Shown in pieces: positions 18,641 through 32,541 of a DNA stretch of 64,000 nt. Both the position numbers and the translations under genes were made by a program. Within the stretch, counting starts at the first letter, position 1; every line of letters begins with the position of its first letter. The notes below the pieces were generated by a model. It was not told where the DNA came from and did no database searches. It saw only the letters and a program-made list of their open reading frames with translations. The DNA is from the human T2T-CHM13v2.0 reference genome, Homo sapiens. The stretch is from assembly GCF_009914755.1 (NCBI RefSeq), contig NC_060939.1. One strand, written 5' to 3'.

Positions 18641-20394
18641 GTTATTTGTGCTTAAAAAAGCTTTTAAGCTTGAAAAATTCTGTTTTCTAAATTTGCCTAT
18701 GTATACATAAAATTATATTAGACAATACAGAAAAAATCACCTGAGTTGAGTGAAATAAAAATAATGTTTATTTGACAACTCTGGAATACATGGTTGTTTA
18801 GAAGTAAAAACGTATTCCCCAACCTCATCCCCTTCCCCCATGGTGTTTAAGAAAATGTTTTTAAATATATAATATACTTTCTCAATAATCCCTTCTTCTG
18901 GAGGTGTCCGGAGGCTACCCAGTGTCCCCATATCAATCCTGGTGAGCTCCTCCCTTTCTCTCTTTAACCCACTCCATCTGGAAATAAACAAGTACTTCTT
19001 TTTTTCGTAACTCATTTCCAACTTTAACACAAGAAAAGAGAAAAAAATAGAAAACACGTGTCTTAAAAAAGTAAAAACTATTTTACCCTTGGGATTTTCT
19101 TTTAACTGTAAAGTCAAAACACTTTGTGCATTTAGATGACAGCCTGAGAGAGAGAAATCTGAGCACTCAATATTGTGAATTTTCTTTTTTCAGAGAATAA
19201 ACACACTTTTTCCTACTTAGAGTAATTTTTATGTTCAGGCAGTGCAAGACATTCCCTTGAAGGTGAGTCTTTGTGGCAGTAGCAGGAAGAGGAGGTTGCT
19301 TCTCTGAACCCTTTGGTTCCCCTAGAACCTGCTGCTCCCTTCTACAGCACCTGAAACTGTTTCTCAGAGCCTCAAATCTTTATTTTCAGGTCAGGTGCCT
19401 CTTTTCCCCCTGCCCTGGGAGTCTGGTTACTTCTCAAGCAAACCCCAGGGCAGTCATGATGGGCGCCTCTTTCTGAGAGCTCTCCAGCAAAACTAGCTCC
19501 CAACAACTTTCCAGCTTTCTTTGATTTCCTGAAGTGACTGGTACCAAATCAGCAGCTGCCTGCCTGGTCTTGCATTCTCTGTGTCCCAAGCGGGAAAGTC
19601 AGGCTCAGGAATGATTCCCACACAAGGTTGCAACAGGTACTGCAAGGGCCACCATGACTCCTACCGTCATTCTGAAATAATTGCTATTTTTTATTTAAAT
19701 TCAGTTTTTAGAATACCCTGAAAATTGTTCTATTCGAATTCTGACAGATTGATTTAAAAAACAGTTGATGATAATTAGCCAATCATTCTGTTTTTTTAAA
19801 GGTCAGGTTTGATGGACTTTACCCAGAAGGACACCTGCATCTTCAGAGGGGAATTGTTGGAAGTGTGAGTTGTCTGTACGTGTTCAATTTATTTTCTGAA
19901 AGCCAACTGCTCCCTACCCAGGCCATTGGCTGTCTCTTGGTTTTTATCACTTCTTTCAGTTCAGGATGAAGGAGATTATTTCAGTTCACACCCTCTGAGA
20001 CTTAGTAAATTCCTTTAACAAGTTTTAGCACTGGGGAAGGCAAAGTCAGCTGCCTTTTCAGGTTTGGTTCATCTTTGGGTAATGTTACTTGGCATGTGGT
20101 GCCTGTCCTGTGCTGTGACTAGACAATTTAAGAGGGGACCATGGGACAGGCATTAGTTTTCAGGCCTCTCAGCTTGATTGATTTTAGCCTTTCTGTCTCC
20201 AACTTCTCTCCCCATTATGATGGCCAATGATACCCCTTGTCTTTTTGTTTTGCTTTTTTTATTTAAAGGGAGAAATAAAAGTTTGTTTCCTAAGGAAGTG
20301 TAGAATGTGGAATAAGAAGCTAATTTAGATTCTTGACATGCTTTAAAATAAGCTTCCTACAAAAGAAGCTGCAGAATACTCTAGCCAGAAACCA

Positions 20395-20500
20395 CTGGTG
20401 AAAGGCTTTTAGCTAGACAGAGCAGAGTTGAAGTTCAACTCTGCCACTTCTTAGTTGTGTGAGCTTGGGCTGCTTCTCCATCTGTAAAATGGGATGGTGA
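20395..20500 (+). mobile_element. MIR fragment
   Basis: 'ctctgccacttcttagttgtgtgagcttgggc...catctgtaaaatgggatg'. Confidence 0.7.
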
Positions 20501-20994
20501 CCACTAGGTTCCCTACCACTATTCCCATTTATAGAATTATGGCCACTGCTGTATTTGTTAGCAAATTGGGTTCTTAGGAATATCTGTGCCAGAACACTTA
20601 AGATATCTTATCTTATACAGGTCATTAGCTGTCTCAAAATGCTTCTTATATTCTTAGGCATTTAGAGAAACTAGTTAAAACTTCTACTTTTCTGCATTAA
20701 GAAAAAGGCCTTAAGGTTATAGGCTCTTTTAATTTTTCAAGAGCAATAAAAAGTACAACTATATTATTCTGATAAAGAATGATCCAGGTTCAAACTCTGG
20801 GAAATTTAAGAGGGAAGGGTGACTTTATAAAAAGATTTGCATCTGGGAAGTCAAGACAAGCATTTGAAGACAGATTATATAGATGTAACCCTGCATGCCT
20901 GCCCACCCAATTTATTTTACCTAATGTATTTTATCTTAATTGCCAGAAAAATACAAAATCATGTTTTGACCTCTATCGTCTTAGCGTCTAGCTT

Positions 20995-21568
20995 TAACAT
21001 TAGAGCCAGAAGCTCTTTTAAAAATATTAAGTCAGATCATGTTACTCTTCTGATGAAAACTCTCCAAGGAGTCCCATCCTACTTCACATAAAAAGTCAAA
21101 ACCTTCACAGTGAGCTACCAAGTTCAATGTGACCCCTTATGCATCTCCCCCTCATGCATTGTTCTACAGGCATGAACTCTTCTCAGGGTGCTTGCTTGTA
21201 CTTTTCCCTCTGCTTAGATCATTTCCCGCACTGCCCCGCACCCCACCTTCCCCAGGTAGCCACATGTCTCATTCCCTCTCCTTCTTCAAATGTCATCATT
21301 ATAGTGAAACTGTCTTGTTCACCCCATTTGAAATGAAACCTTCCCCTTCCTCAACTCTCTAACCTCCTTTTAGGATTCATTTATTCCCATAATGTTTATC
21401 ACCTTCTAATACATCAAATAACTTAATAATTTATTTGTTTTGTAATTTGTCCTTGCCTGGAAACTCCCTGAAGGCAGAGATTTGGTTAATTTTGTTCATG
21501 AATGATTCCTCAGTGTCTAGAACTATGCCTGGAGCATAGCAAGTAGTCAATGAATATTTTTTGAATTA
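20995..21568 (+). mobile_element. L2 (L2a-like) 3' end
   Basis: 'aagtcagatcatgttactcttctg...aaactccctgaaggcagaga...gtgtctagaactatgcctggagcatagcaagtagtcaatgaatatttttgaat'. Confidence 0.85.
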
Positions 21569-21874
21569 GGGGAAAAAATTTAGAAGCCTATGATGGATTG
21601 CAGAAGATGGATTTTTTAAACCTCATTAGACAAAATAATTTCTTTCACAAAACAAGGTAAAACTTCAATGGGCATACAAAAAGTAGAGTTTGTAAATAAA
21701 GGGTATGTGAAATGACAGAGGCTTAAAACCAGGTGCCCTCTTCAATGTCTGTTTTCACCACATTTAGAAAGCCCTGCCTAGGAAGCTGCTCATCTCAGAT
21801 TGTGAGCAACTCGTACTCTAGGTTCTACCTTCTCTCTTGCAGTAGAGTGGTAGAGCAGAAATTTCCAGTCAAAA

Positions 21875-22712
21875 TGATACGAGAGTACTGGGAAGGGAAG
21901 AGCATGGTCCCTTTAAATAATAAGGAAGAGGGGGAAGGGAAGTGCTGGGTAGAGAAAGGCGGGCCCCTGGCTAGGGTTCCACCCCTACGGGCCTAGGTGA
22001 GGACAGGAATTTCCTGCCCAAATGTTGTATTTCCCAAGATCACCCTGGTGGGCCACATCCGCATCCTGGGCCTATAAAAACATGAAACCCTAGCAAGCAC
22101 TCACACAGGAGGCCAGATGTCCAGAGGAACACATCTGTGGAAGAAGAAACAAGTGGTCGTCGAGAGGACGTCGAGAGAAGCTAGTGAGCAGAAGAACACA
22201 CTGACAGAGGCTGGCCCACTGACAGGCCATCAGCTGGCAGGATGAGGAAGAGTTCGGCCAGGGCAGTCCGAGGCGAGCCGGGGCTGCTGAGTGGCCCAAA
22301 TCCAGGGGAAAACCATCTCCCTTCTGGCTCCCCCATTGGCTAAGAGCTACTTCCACTTAATAAAACTTTGCACTCATTCTCCAAGCCCACATGTGATCCG
22401 ATTCTTCCAGTACACCAAGGCAAGAACCCGGGATACAGAAAACCTTCTGTCCTTGTGACAAGGTAGAGGGTCTAACTGAGCTGGTTAATACAAGCCGCCT
22501 ATAGACGACAAACTAAAAGAGCATCTTATAATACATGCCCACTGGGGCTTCACCTGTAAACTTTCACCCCGAGACACTGCCGTGGGATTGGAGCCCCACA
22601 GCCTGCCCATCTGTATGCTCCCCTAGAGGTTTGAGCAGCGGGGCACTGAAGAAGTGAGCCACACCCCCATTGCATGCCCTGCAAGGGGGACAAGGGAACC
22701 TTTCCTGTTTCA
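21875..22712 (+). mobile_element. Solo ERV1 LTR, LTR1B-like
   Basis: TG...CA termini (TGATAC...CCTGTTTCA), 4-bp TSD AAAA, TATAAAA at 22073, AATAAA at 22359. The 5' sequence matches recalled LTR1B. Confidence 0.88.
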
Positions 22713-23505
22713 AAAATGCTGGCTCTCTTAAAACAATACTTTCTATGTCCTGTGGGTACTACACAATTTCTAACAAATGGAGCTGGAAGAAAACATCACC
22801 TAGGAGATAAGGAGTGAGCAACTCTAGATTTTGCCAATTCTGCATTTTTGGCTTGAAAACCATTCAGTCTGCATGTCTTCTCTCTCTGTGGCCACATACG
22901 AGACCCACATTTCCTAACTTGCAATGTTCCCACAGGAGAATGCATGCTCAATTTGCTGATGCAACTTCCAAGTCAATGTCTCCATTTCCAGGAAATGCTA
23001 TAAAAGAGGCTGCTGCTCTAGATCCTGGGAGAGTTTGTCTCTTTGGAAAAGTGATCTCAGCTTATAAGATAATTAGCTCCTTAGTGCTAATCCATGTGCA
23101 TTTACAAAAGCACTTTTGGGTTAGGAGAAATAAAGAGTTGATTAATCTCCATCACTGAGGTGTAACACCAGGGAGCTCTTACCTGCTAGTTGTATTGGCA
23201 ATAAGGACTCCTTAGGTTTGCTCACTAACCCAGCTCTCCTTCTTTTAAAAACACACAAAATATGTGAAGCTTGCAGAAAACCCTGTAGTCATGGGTTGAT
23301 TTCCTCTAGAATGTTATTTTGTTATTTATATTGTTGCTTCTATTGGGCTTTTTGGCATTTCTTTCTTTGTTCTTAGAAGTTTTAGGGGGTATAAAAGCCC
23401 CACAGTCCGTCTTTACACCTTGCTTCTAAGATGCTTTATTTGTTAATCTAGGGCACTTATTTCCAAGTCTGTAAAGAGCCATGGGTATGGTTCCTAGGCT
23501 CTAAA

Positions 23506-23722
23506 CAGAGGTGTCCAATCTTTTGGCTTCCCTGAGCCACATTGGAAGAAGAATTGTCTTGGGCCACACATAAAATACATTAAAATACATTAACACTAAC
23601 GATAGCTGATGGAGCTTAAAAAAAAAAATCCCAAAAAGCAATCTCATAATGTTCTTAAGAAAGTTTGTGAATTTTTGTTGGGCCTCATTCAAAGCCATTC
23701 TGGGCTGCGTTGGACAAGCTTG
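23506..23722 (+). mobile_element. MER30 hAT MITE
   Basis: CAGAGGTGTCCAATCTTTTGGCTTCCCTG...TTGGACAAGCTTG matches MER30. Degenerate TSD gctctaaa/gctgtaag. Confidence 0.92.
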
Positions 23723-24934
23723 CTGTAAGATATCAAAAGAGGAACTGAGAAAGCAGAAATGAAGACAAGAGAGGACAAATTTATGTCAATGAAATCCCGT
23801 GACAACTTACTTGCATTTAGATATCATGCACGTTTTTTTCCTTGATGAAAGGTTTTTTTAAACTCTTCTGAAAATGCTAATGAGACAAGTTTCAAGAAAT
23901 TGACAGTAATGGAAAACCTGAATGTTACAATGATAACTAAAAAGAAAGAAATTATTTCACTCATCTTAGTCTTCCTGGAGAGAAGAAAAAAAATGTGAAC
24001 AGAGAAATAAGACAGCTGGCAATTAAAGCCTTGGGATTCCTAAACCTTCTCTTTTGTGCTCCCAAATGAACAAGGTTTAAGCTGCCTTCAAGAGAAAGTC
24101 AATCTAAAGTCCATGATGACTTTTCAAAATGAAACCTTAGGGGGCTTTTAAAACTTCAAGCTTCAGCCCAGCAAGGTCACTTTCTAAAGTGAAAATTCTT
24201 TTTAAGGTAATGATTGTGGGGTAAGAAAAGGAATGAGGGAGGGGTGGCATGTCAAGGTTTGAGCTAAAAGCCATGTCATTGCATCCTCAGAAGTAGCTAT
24301 CCTCCCTGCACAGATCCTAGGGAGACGCATTATCCAGCTAAATAAATAAAGAAGCCCTGTGGGCTTCTTTTGCATACTACCTGCTAAAAGCATATGGGCT
24401 TGTTCATTGGTCGGTAGTTAGCTAATCTGTATTGAAAGTCAAAACTCTGGCCACTGGGGAGGTTGCATTGCTCTGGACTTGTCAGTAAGAGGAAAGCTCA
24501 GCTGTCACCAGGCTCCTAGAAAATAGCCTAGATTTATGTTGAATTCCTTTGAACTCTCTGCTTCTTTGTTCAATCTTCACACATTCTCAATGTTTACAAG
24601 CTGTCTTGGTATTGTGATCTGTTGTTTCGCAAATCTGCGTTTTGAATTTCTGGTTATGCTGTGAGCTTCCAGGGGAGGAGATCAACTTTCAGATTCCATG
24701 TTCTCTACCCTGCCTTGTAAGTGGGAAGAGAATATGAGGGAGTGGCCTAGTGCTGGACTGGAGTCCACAGCAGTATGAGAATAGATATCTGGAAACTAGG
24801 AAATGACTGGAGAACAAACCCAGCTAGCAATTCTGAGGGCTGGATTGGCCGGGAAGACAAGGAGGAGCTTGGAGGTCCAAGCAAGTCCAAATTCAGAGGC
24901 CAGTTTAAAGTTACAGTAAGAATAAGGGCATGAA

Positions 24935-25306
<372 letters not shown>

Positions 25307-25681
25307 TCAGCCCTCTCTGAGGTGGATGTCCACCTGCTATTAAATAAAGAAATGAGGCAGCAGGAAGATCAAGAGATCAAGAGGCTTCTTTGATTAGCAT
25401 CCATTTTTGTGTTCCTGATGGTATCAGGGTTCCAGATGGTCCGTGCATTCTGGCTCCATTACTTCCTTACAGAGTAACCTTGAGCACATTCTTTAACCTC
25501 TGCTTTTTATTTCTGCAAAGAAAACAATGAAACTGGAATTAAAATAGGGATAAAACTATCTATGTCATTCAACTTAATGTTAAATTTAGGTCAGTATGCA
25601 ATAAGGATTTGTTTCTTTCCTCCTCCGATTCACATGCTCAGAGTAAGTAATTTATAAATATTTGTTTAGAAACAGTATGTT

Positions 25682-26190
<509 letters not shown>

Positions 26191-27284
26191 TGTTAGCTTT
26201 CCTAATCCTCATTCTTGTTGGGTATATCTGCCATCTCTTTCCCAACTTCCCCACAAACAATTAAATGCACTCTATTTTTCATGAGAAAAAGTGAGAACAA
26301 GAAAGAACATTTAAAACAAATGTGATTTAATTTTATAGATGATATATTTTTAATGTTACCTAGGGAAATGTTGTCAAGGTAAAAAGCCGACACTCTGGAG
26401 TGTGGTAATTCTTCCATAATGACTTCATAGGAGTGTTGAGCTATATGCTGCTGAAATCTTCTCTTTTCTCATTCCACAAAATATATATAAGAATGAGCTA
26501 CGTGCAATCCAAAGAAAGACTTCTGGAATGAAAGTTGTGACCTCAGAATCCCTGTTCTAGCTGGGGCCTCCCGGCGTCAGAGGCCTCACACATCTTCCAG
26601 GGCACCTTGGCATACAGTGGTGGTTTCACGTATCTGCCTTCTTAAGCATCTCTTTCCTGGAGTGAACATTTTGGGAAGGAGTTTGCCAACTGAAAATTGT
26701 TATCTAGGATGGCCGTTTTGAGCAACACTGTACATTTGCTCCATATGTACTTCTTTTGGTAGCAGGTTTCCCTGTGAGTTAGGGAAGCTGTTTAGATTTC
26801 CTAAGAGCTATGGGCTGCCAACTCTGGAGGAGGCTCTTTGATTTCTGAAGTAGGACGACGTTCATCCAAACAATATTCACTTTTAAGGACTGAGCAGCAG
26901 TGCATTGTGAACATTCATGCTGTTCTCAGCAAGGAGTTACCTGGCCAGCTTGATAGAAGAGAACCTCATAGGCTGGCAGGAAAGAGTGGAGCACATTGAT
27001 CTCTAGTGTTCACATTTTCAAACACAGGCGTTCACATATAATCAGGATAAAAAGGAGGGAAGGTAGAAGTGAGGAATAGGAAATTCCATTTTAGGTCTCT
27101 ATATGTGTGTTTCTCCTGAAATACAGCTGCAGTGTTACGAAAAAAAAAATATGTGTAACTGAACCATACATTCTGAAGAAAACTAACTGTGGACAATTAT
27201 TTTCCTGCAAAGTGGGAGCTTTAAATTTGTAATCCACAGATCTTCAGGGAAACTATGAAATTTGAGCGTCTGTTTACTCAGGGA

Positions 27285-27520
27285 TGAGGATGTTGTTTAA
27301 AACATAGATTTTAGTGCCAAACTGCCTGGGTTGGAATCCGTCCAGCTCCTCTATTTACTGGATGACTTCTCTGTGTCTTGCCATCCCTGTCTGCTAAGTG
27401 GAAATAATAGTAGAACCTACCTCATGGCGTTATGAAAATTAGTGATATAGTATGTGTGAAACTTTTATGATAGTGCCTGCCATATAGTTAGCACGAATAA
27501 GTAATAGCTGTCATCATCAT
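27285..27520 (+). mobile_element. MIR
   Basis: 'gccaaactgcctgggttggaatcc...ataatagtagaacctacctcatggcgtt...tagtgcctgccatatagttagcacgaataa'. Confidence 0.8.
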
Positions 27521-27689
27521 TGTTCTTTTTTGTTATCTTCATTTACATTTACAATCAAATAAAGTTCAGATTCACTGCTCTAGAACTTGATGAAACAAAA
27601 TGTTAATGATGAATTTCTGTAACATCACCAATTAGCAGTTTAATAAATTAGTCTGGTAGTGATGAGGAAAAACAGTCATACTCTAGGCT

Positions 27690-27910
27690 TATACAGTGAT
27701 TTAGAGTTTATAAAATCCTTTTGTATATAGTGTCCTCAAATTGATCCTCACACTCACTGCGAATTGAAAAGTATTACCTCCATTTTGTAGATGAGATAAT
27801 TTTGCTCAGGGAGAATAAGTGAGTTGCCCAAGTTTCCACAGGGAGTTAACTGCAAAATCGAGGTCTGTTCCAATTTCGAAACCAATGTGCTTTCCTTCAC
27901 ATTATCCTGC
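27690..27910 (-). mobile_element. MIR
   Basis: 'ttgatcctcacac...ccattttgtagatgagataa...aagtgagttgcccaagtttccacag'. Confidence 0.7.
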
Positions 27911-29904
27911 CTTCCGCATGCAAGAGATAAACATTCTTATAATTAGACTATTGGCTGCATATTACAAATACTGTAACTAATTTATCAAGGAAAAGCCGAG
28001 GGATTTAAAAACAACATTGCAGGTCCCTGAAGCAGTATCAAGTGAGCTTGTACGTGACTACCATTCAATCACTGTTCACATTTGCTCTCCAATCACTCAT
28101 TAGCTGTGGATTCCACAGAATGCTCTGCACTGAGCCAACCCAACATAGATTGCTGTCTGGAGAGCTTTTGGAAATACATGCTTAGAGGTGGCATTCAAAA
28201 AATTCATCAAAAATGGGGGACAAGGTGACAAACTGCAAATCGAAGGATTTATTTATGTGTTTATGATCTAAGCATGCAGTAATATTGGGTCTTGAATAGA
28301 CTGATTTGGTCCAGTCCTAAACTTGACCTCCAGGGTAGCTCTGGAACCCTGAAGGATTTACTCACTGCTGCCCAAACCCTACCATATTACCTCATGGTTA
28401 TTTTGTTGTATTTAGCAGTCCAGGATCTATTCTTCAGGCAACAGACTATTTGAATGCTACCTATCTTGCAGATCTACATCAAATTTTACCTCTCTAGCTA
28501 GAGCCCACATTTATAAAACCTGCTTTGAACTCCTAGAGAACATATTTTCTAAATGACTTATTTTGTAGTTAGTGCTAATTGCTGTACATTCTCTTTTCAT
28601 ATACATGCACCCTGTTCTTCCTGCAGTACTTTTTCTTGAGAGCCAAGAATACATTCTTTTTTATATTCCTCACAGAACCTTGAATTGTGCCCTGCCATCT
28701 GAGAAGCACAGCATACTCAATTATCAACTGATTACATAAAATGATACATTTATACAAACATATCAGCTATGTACCTGATTAAAATAGGAAAAACCAAGAA
28801 GCTGCATAAGTCAGCAATAAATACATTTTAAAAGCTCCGATTCTGGAATAGTACTTTTTCTCCCAAAGTTTCAGTGCTTCTGCTGGCATGGAACCCAAGA
28901 TCTGAATCCTAGTGCTTTTTTTTTTTTTTTTTTTTTGAGGACTTATAGGTGGCTAGGATAAAAAAGGGATATGTGAGATATCAGATGGTTGGTTGGTGCT
29001 GTTATCTAATAGAGTAACATCAACAAAAATGATAAATTCACCTGTAACCCCTACTTCTCAGGGCTGTCATTCGAAAATAAAGCTAAAAGGGCCAAAAAGA
29101 AAATGTGATTGTCACTCTTATAATTCTTCCAAATGTCTTTTCTGGAAAGTAATTTCTGATAGGTAGGTTCGGGTAACAAAGGAAAGCAGGGGAGTGGCTC
29201 ATGATTTAAGTGGGCAGAGTCCTGTCAGAGGTTCACGTAGTTGGTAGGGGAAAGGAGGTATCCCACGGAGACCCCTTGGTCCTCATGAAGGGGAATTGAT
29301 AGAAGATTTGCTTTCTTATGCTGGAAGTGTGGATGGGAGGTGAGGTGAATTCCCAATAATGAAGAAAACTGGACCTGGACAGTTTGTCCTTTGTGCTGGA
29401 TAGAGGGTAGCTTTGCCTTCTTAGAATGCTTGGATCCTGACTTGAGGCCTCTGACATCATCACAAATCACAGACCCAGAACCGTGTTAGGAGTTTCAATC
29501 TATCTGAAACTGTATTATCCCTTTTTCATTAGACTGCACTCACTTTATGAATAGGGACTCTATTTCCTATGTTTCAGTTTCTGCCTCACCTGGACCACCT
29601 CTGTGTGTATGTGTACATACTCACACATACAATGTCATAATTTTATTTGGCACATGAGTATAATCCCTCAAAAGTTCATTGCTGGAAGCCATTTCTGTCA
29701 ACGAGAATAGATGTGTATGTGGTTACCTAGTGGTAGTGGTGATAGTGAGATTGGTGTTTAAAATATAAAACCTTGGGCAGCTAGGAGAAGAAAATATTAT
29801 TTCAGGGTTGTATGCTTATAGTGAATCTGTAAGGCCAAAAAAAAAAAAATGGCAGCAGTAATAACAAGCCTCAGCAGTCTTCCACCTGGCATCCTACATG
29901 AGTG

Positions 29905-30170
29905 TCTTACACACTGTGGTTGCAACCCGATAGTGACTCATGAAGTCAATTTAGAAAGTTATATCCACATTTAAATAAATAAATACAATACCATATTCAC
30001 TAAAAATATATATTTAAAATGAGATAGAATGGAAAATATCAGAATACATTGTGTGCTGTAAGAGCATCATTTTGTAAACTTTTATTTGTGTAAAAGCACA
30101 TACTGATTCATGATAAAAATATGTTTCTTAAAGCGAGTCATGATCAAATGTGTTTAAAACCCATTGTTCT
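29905..30170. mobile_element. hAT-Charlie-type non-autonomous DNA transposon remnant
   Basis: 'gatagaatggaaaatatcagaatacattg...aaaatatgtttcttaaagcgagtcatgatcaaatgtgtttaaaacccattg' resembles Charlie MITE ends. Subfamily not assigned. Confidence 0.5.
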
Positions 30171-30348
30171 AAGGTGTTGTGAGGCTTTCCTTGATTTAAT
30201 TAGGTAATAGGTGATGAAGTATATGATTTAATGGATACTTCTGCCTTATAGAAAAGGATTTTTAAAAGACACAGAAACTGCTAAGCCAAAGTGAAAGATC
30301 TTTCCTTAGAAGAAAGCGGGTGTGAGCAGTCAAAGACACCATCCTGGA

Positions 30349-30367
30349 GCTGCCAACAGGGGGAGAC
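30349..30367 (+). promoter_or_regulatory. CTCF-like motif
   Basis: GCTGCCAACAGGGGGAGAC compared with consensus CCASYAGRKGGCRS. Confidence 0.35.
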
Positions 30368-30479
30368 ATACAGGTAACTAAGCAATTTCCCTGCTAGGTC
30401 CACCTATTACGGGACTTTTGACAACAGACAATAGCTTACGCGACTCATAAATAGAGACTTGGATAAACAAACTACAGCA

Positions 30480-30790
30480 TATATTAACAAATACATCCAA
30501 CCATTACACATGAAGGTGTGGATCTACATTTACTGTCTTCAAAAGATGAGGGTGACATACTGTTGAGTAAAAAATAAAAGTAAATTACAAAAATAGTAGA
30601 AAATCATATTTGAATAAATTTATGTGATTGTGTATGTGAGCATGTGTTTGTGAAGAAATACATAATTGTCTGGTAGCATGTTTGCCAAATTATTAAAGAT
30701 ATTTATCTCTCTGAGGTAGAGTTTCAGTGCATTTTTTTGTTCATTTTTGTTCTGTTTAAACTTAAGAAGTACTTGTTTTATAATATATAT
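30480..30790 (+). mobile_element. L1ME-type 3' fragment followed by TA-rich tract
   Basis: 'catactgttgagtaaaaaa...aaattacaaaaatag...tatctctctgaggtag'. TA-rich low complexity at 30778-30870. Confidence 0.5.
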
Positions 30791-31229
30791 GATAATATAT
30801 AATATATAAGTAATTATATGTAATATATATAACCATATATATTTCAAATACATATATATATTTCAAAAATATGAAAGACCATTGTTACAATGCAGTACAT
30901 GTTAACATGCAGGCACAGGGAATAGAGGAGACTAACTGCTGGAAATGCGTCAGAGAAGAGAGAGCTCATGAACGGAGTCTTGAAGGAGAAAATGTGTTCA
31001 TTAGGCCTAACGAGGGTAACCCAGGTGGAAGCAACCACCTAGACAGATGAGTGAAGGTGTGACAGAGTGTGACATTGTCAGTGGGTATCGCTGTCTGGGA
31101 GTCGGGTAGAAGATAATCTTACAAGGTTAGACAGGAGACAGAATTTGTAAGCAAAGAGAAGGAGCTTAGCTAAATCTTAAGTTGGTGGAAAACCTACGGA
31201 AGGATCTTAGGCAGGGGAGTGTCAAGCAG

Positions 31230-31450
31230 GTGCTGGTATCGTCCCGCCCATCTCCCACTGCCATCCCCATCTTCTACATGACTCTGGCTTCCTATGAAAG
31301 GACCTGCAACTCTCAGCTCAAGAGCTTTACTGGATTACAGGAGTGCATGTGGCTCATGCACAGAACAGTTCAGAAGTGTCAGGAATTAACCTCCTAGGAA
31401 CAGCCCTTGGCCAAAGTTAAACAAGAGCCAGTGGATGAATAACCCAGCTA
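31230..31450 (+). mobile_element. LTR16-family (ERVL) LTR, 5' part
   Basis: 'cagaagtgtcaggaattaacctcctaggaacagcccttggccaaag...gtggatgaataacccagct' matches the LTR16 core. Confidence 0.65.
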
Positions 31451-31454
31451 GTAA

Positions 31455-32541
31455 CCCATAGGTGTGGGCAAACAACTGTTTGATAAGGAAATTAGTGTAG
31501 ATTGTCCAAGTGCTAGTCATCAGGACACTGGAAGAATGACCCCAAAGACATTTCAGAGATCTTTGAGGCCACCAGTCCCATCAAAGGACGAATGTGCAAG
31601 AGCCTTGGGGGCAGAACAGTTTCAAAGGAGGGGCCCATGGAACCTTGGACTCACTGTCCAGTGCTTTTTTAAAGTTCTGCTTCCTGATTTCCACCAAGCA
31701 CTTCTTCACTATCTCAGCTCCAGCTCCAGCTGGCCTAGGTGCAGTGGTGGTTGCCCCTCAGGACAGTACAGGCAGAAAACCTTGGTAACACCCATGTGGT
31801 GCCATTTCACACAGTGCATGAGCTGGCAAGACATGGCTATCTCCATCTAGATTTCAAAGGATGGAGCTCTCAGAGCCTCAAGCACTAAACTAAGGCAGAG
31901 GGCTGCTGAGAGGGCAGGGCCCCTGCAGAGAGTCTTCAACTATGACAGTGCCTAGTATAGCCATGAGGGAAGTGCTACCCCAGAGACCCCAGACTGGAAG
32001 AGCCACTTGCTTGGGATTCCAGCCTGGGAGAGATACAGGCACCCAACTGCAAGCCACCCAACTGGAAGCCATAAAAGGAGAAGTGTGGGCTGTGCCCAGC
32101 TAAGCCAGAGGAGACTAACTTCTGTCCAAGTGTGTCCAGAAGACAACACATGAAAGCAAGGAAGATTATTCTCAAGTCTTAAGATTTAATGTTGCTTGCC
32201 CAGTTGGGTTTGGGACTTGCTTGGGACCTATCACAATTTCCTTCTTTCCTGTTTTTCCTTGTTGGAATCGGAATGTCTGTCTTGTGTCTGTCGTTTTATT
32301 TTGGAAACACATAATTTGTTTGATTTCACAGTATTAAAACTGGAGAGCAGTTTGCCTCAGGATGAATCATACCTTGAGTCTCACCCATTTCTGATTTAGA
32401 TGATATTTATATGACACTCTGGATTTAAGTTGTTTGAATTGATGCTGGAACAAGTTAAGACTTCAGGGGCTATTAAGATGGAATGAACATATTTTTAATA
32501 TGAGAGGGACATGAGATTTTTGGGGGGAGTCAGGAGTGGAA
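31455..32541 (+). mobile_element. MaLR internal sequence (MLT1A-int-like), 3' part with polypurine tract
   Basis: 'gaatgaccccaaagacatttcagagatc...ttttggaaacacataatttgtttgatttcacag...tttgcctcaggatgaatc...gatgctggaacaagttaagact...ggggggagtcaggagtggaa' directly abuts the LTR. Confidence 0.8.

Noticed and set aside
22520-22690. p53 response element in the LTR
   Set aside because: Only isolated imperfect half-sites (ATACATGCCC, TTGCATGCCC); no paired full site.
31464-31850. 128-aa ORF
   Set aside because: Within decayed MaLR internal sequence; no domain recognised.
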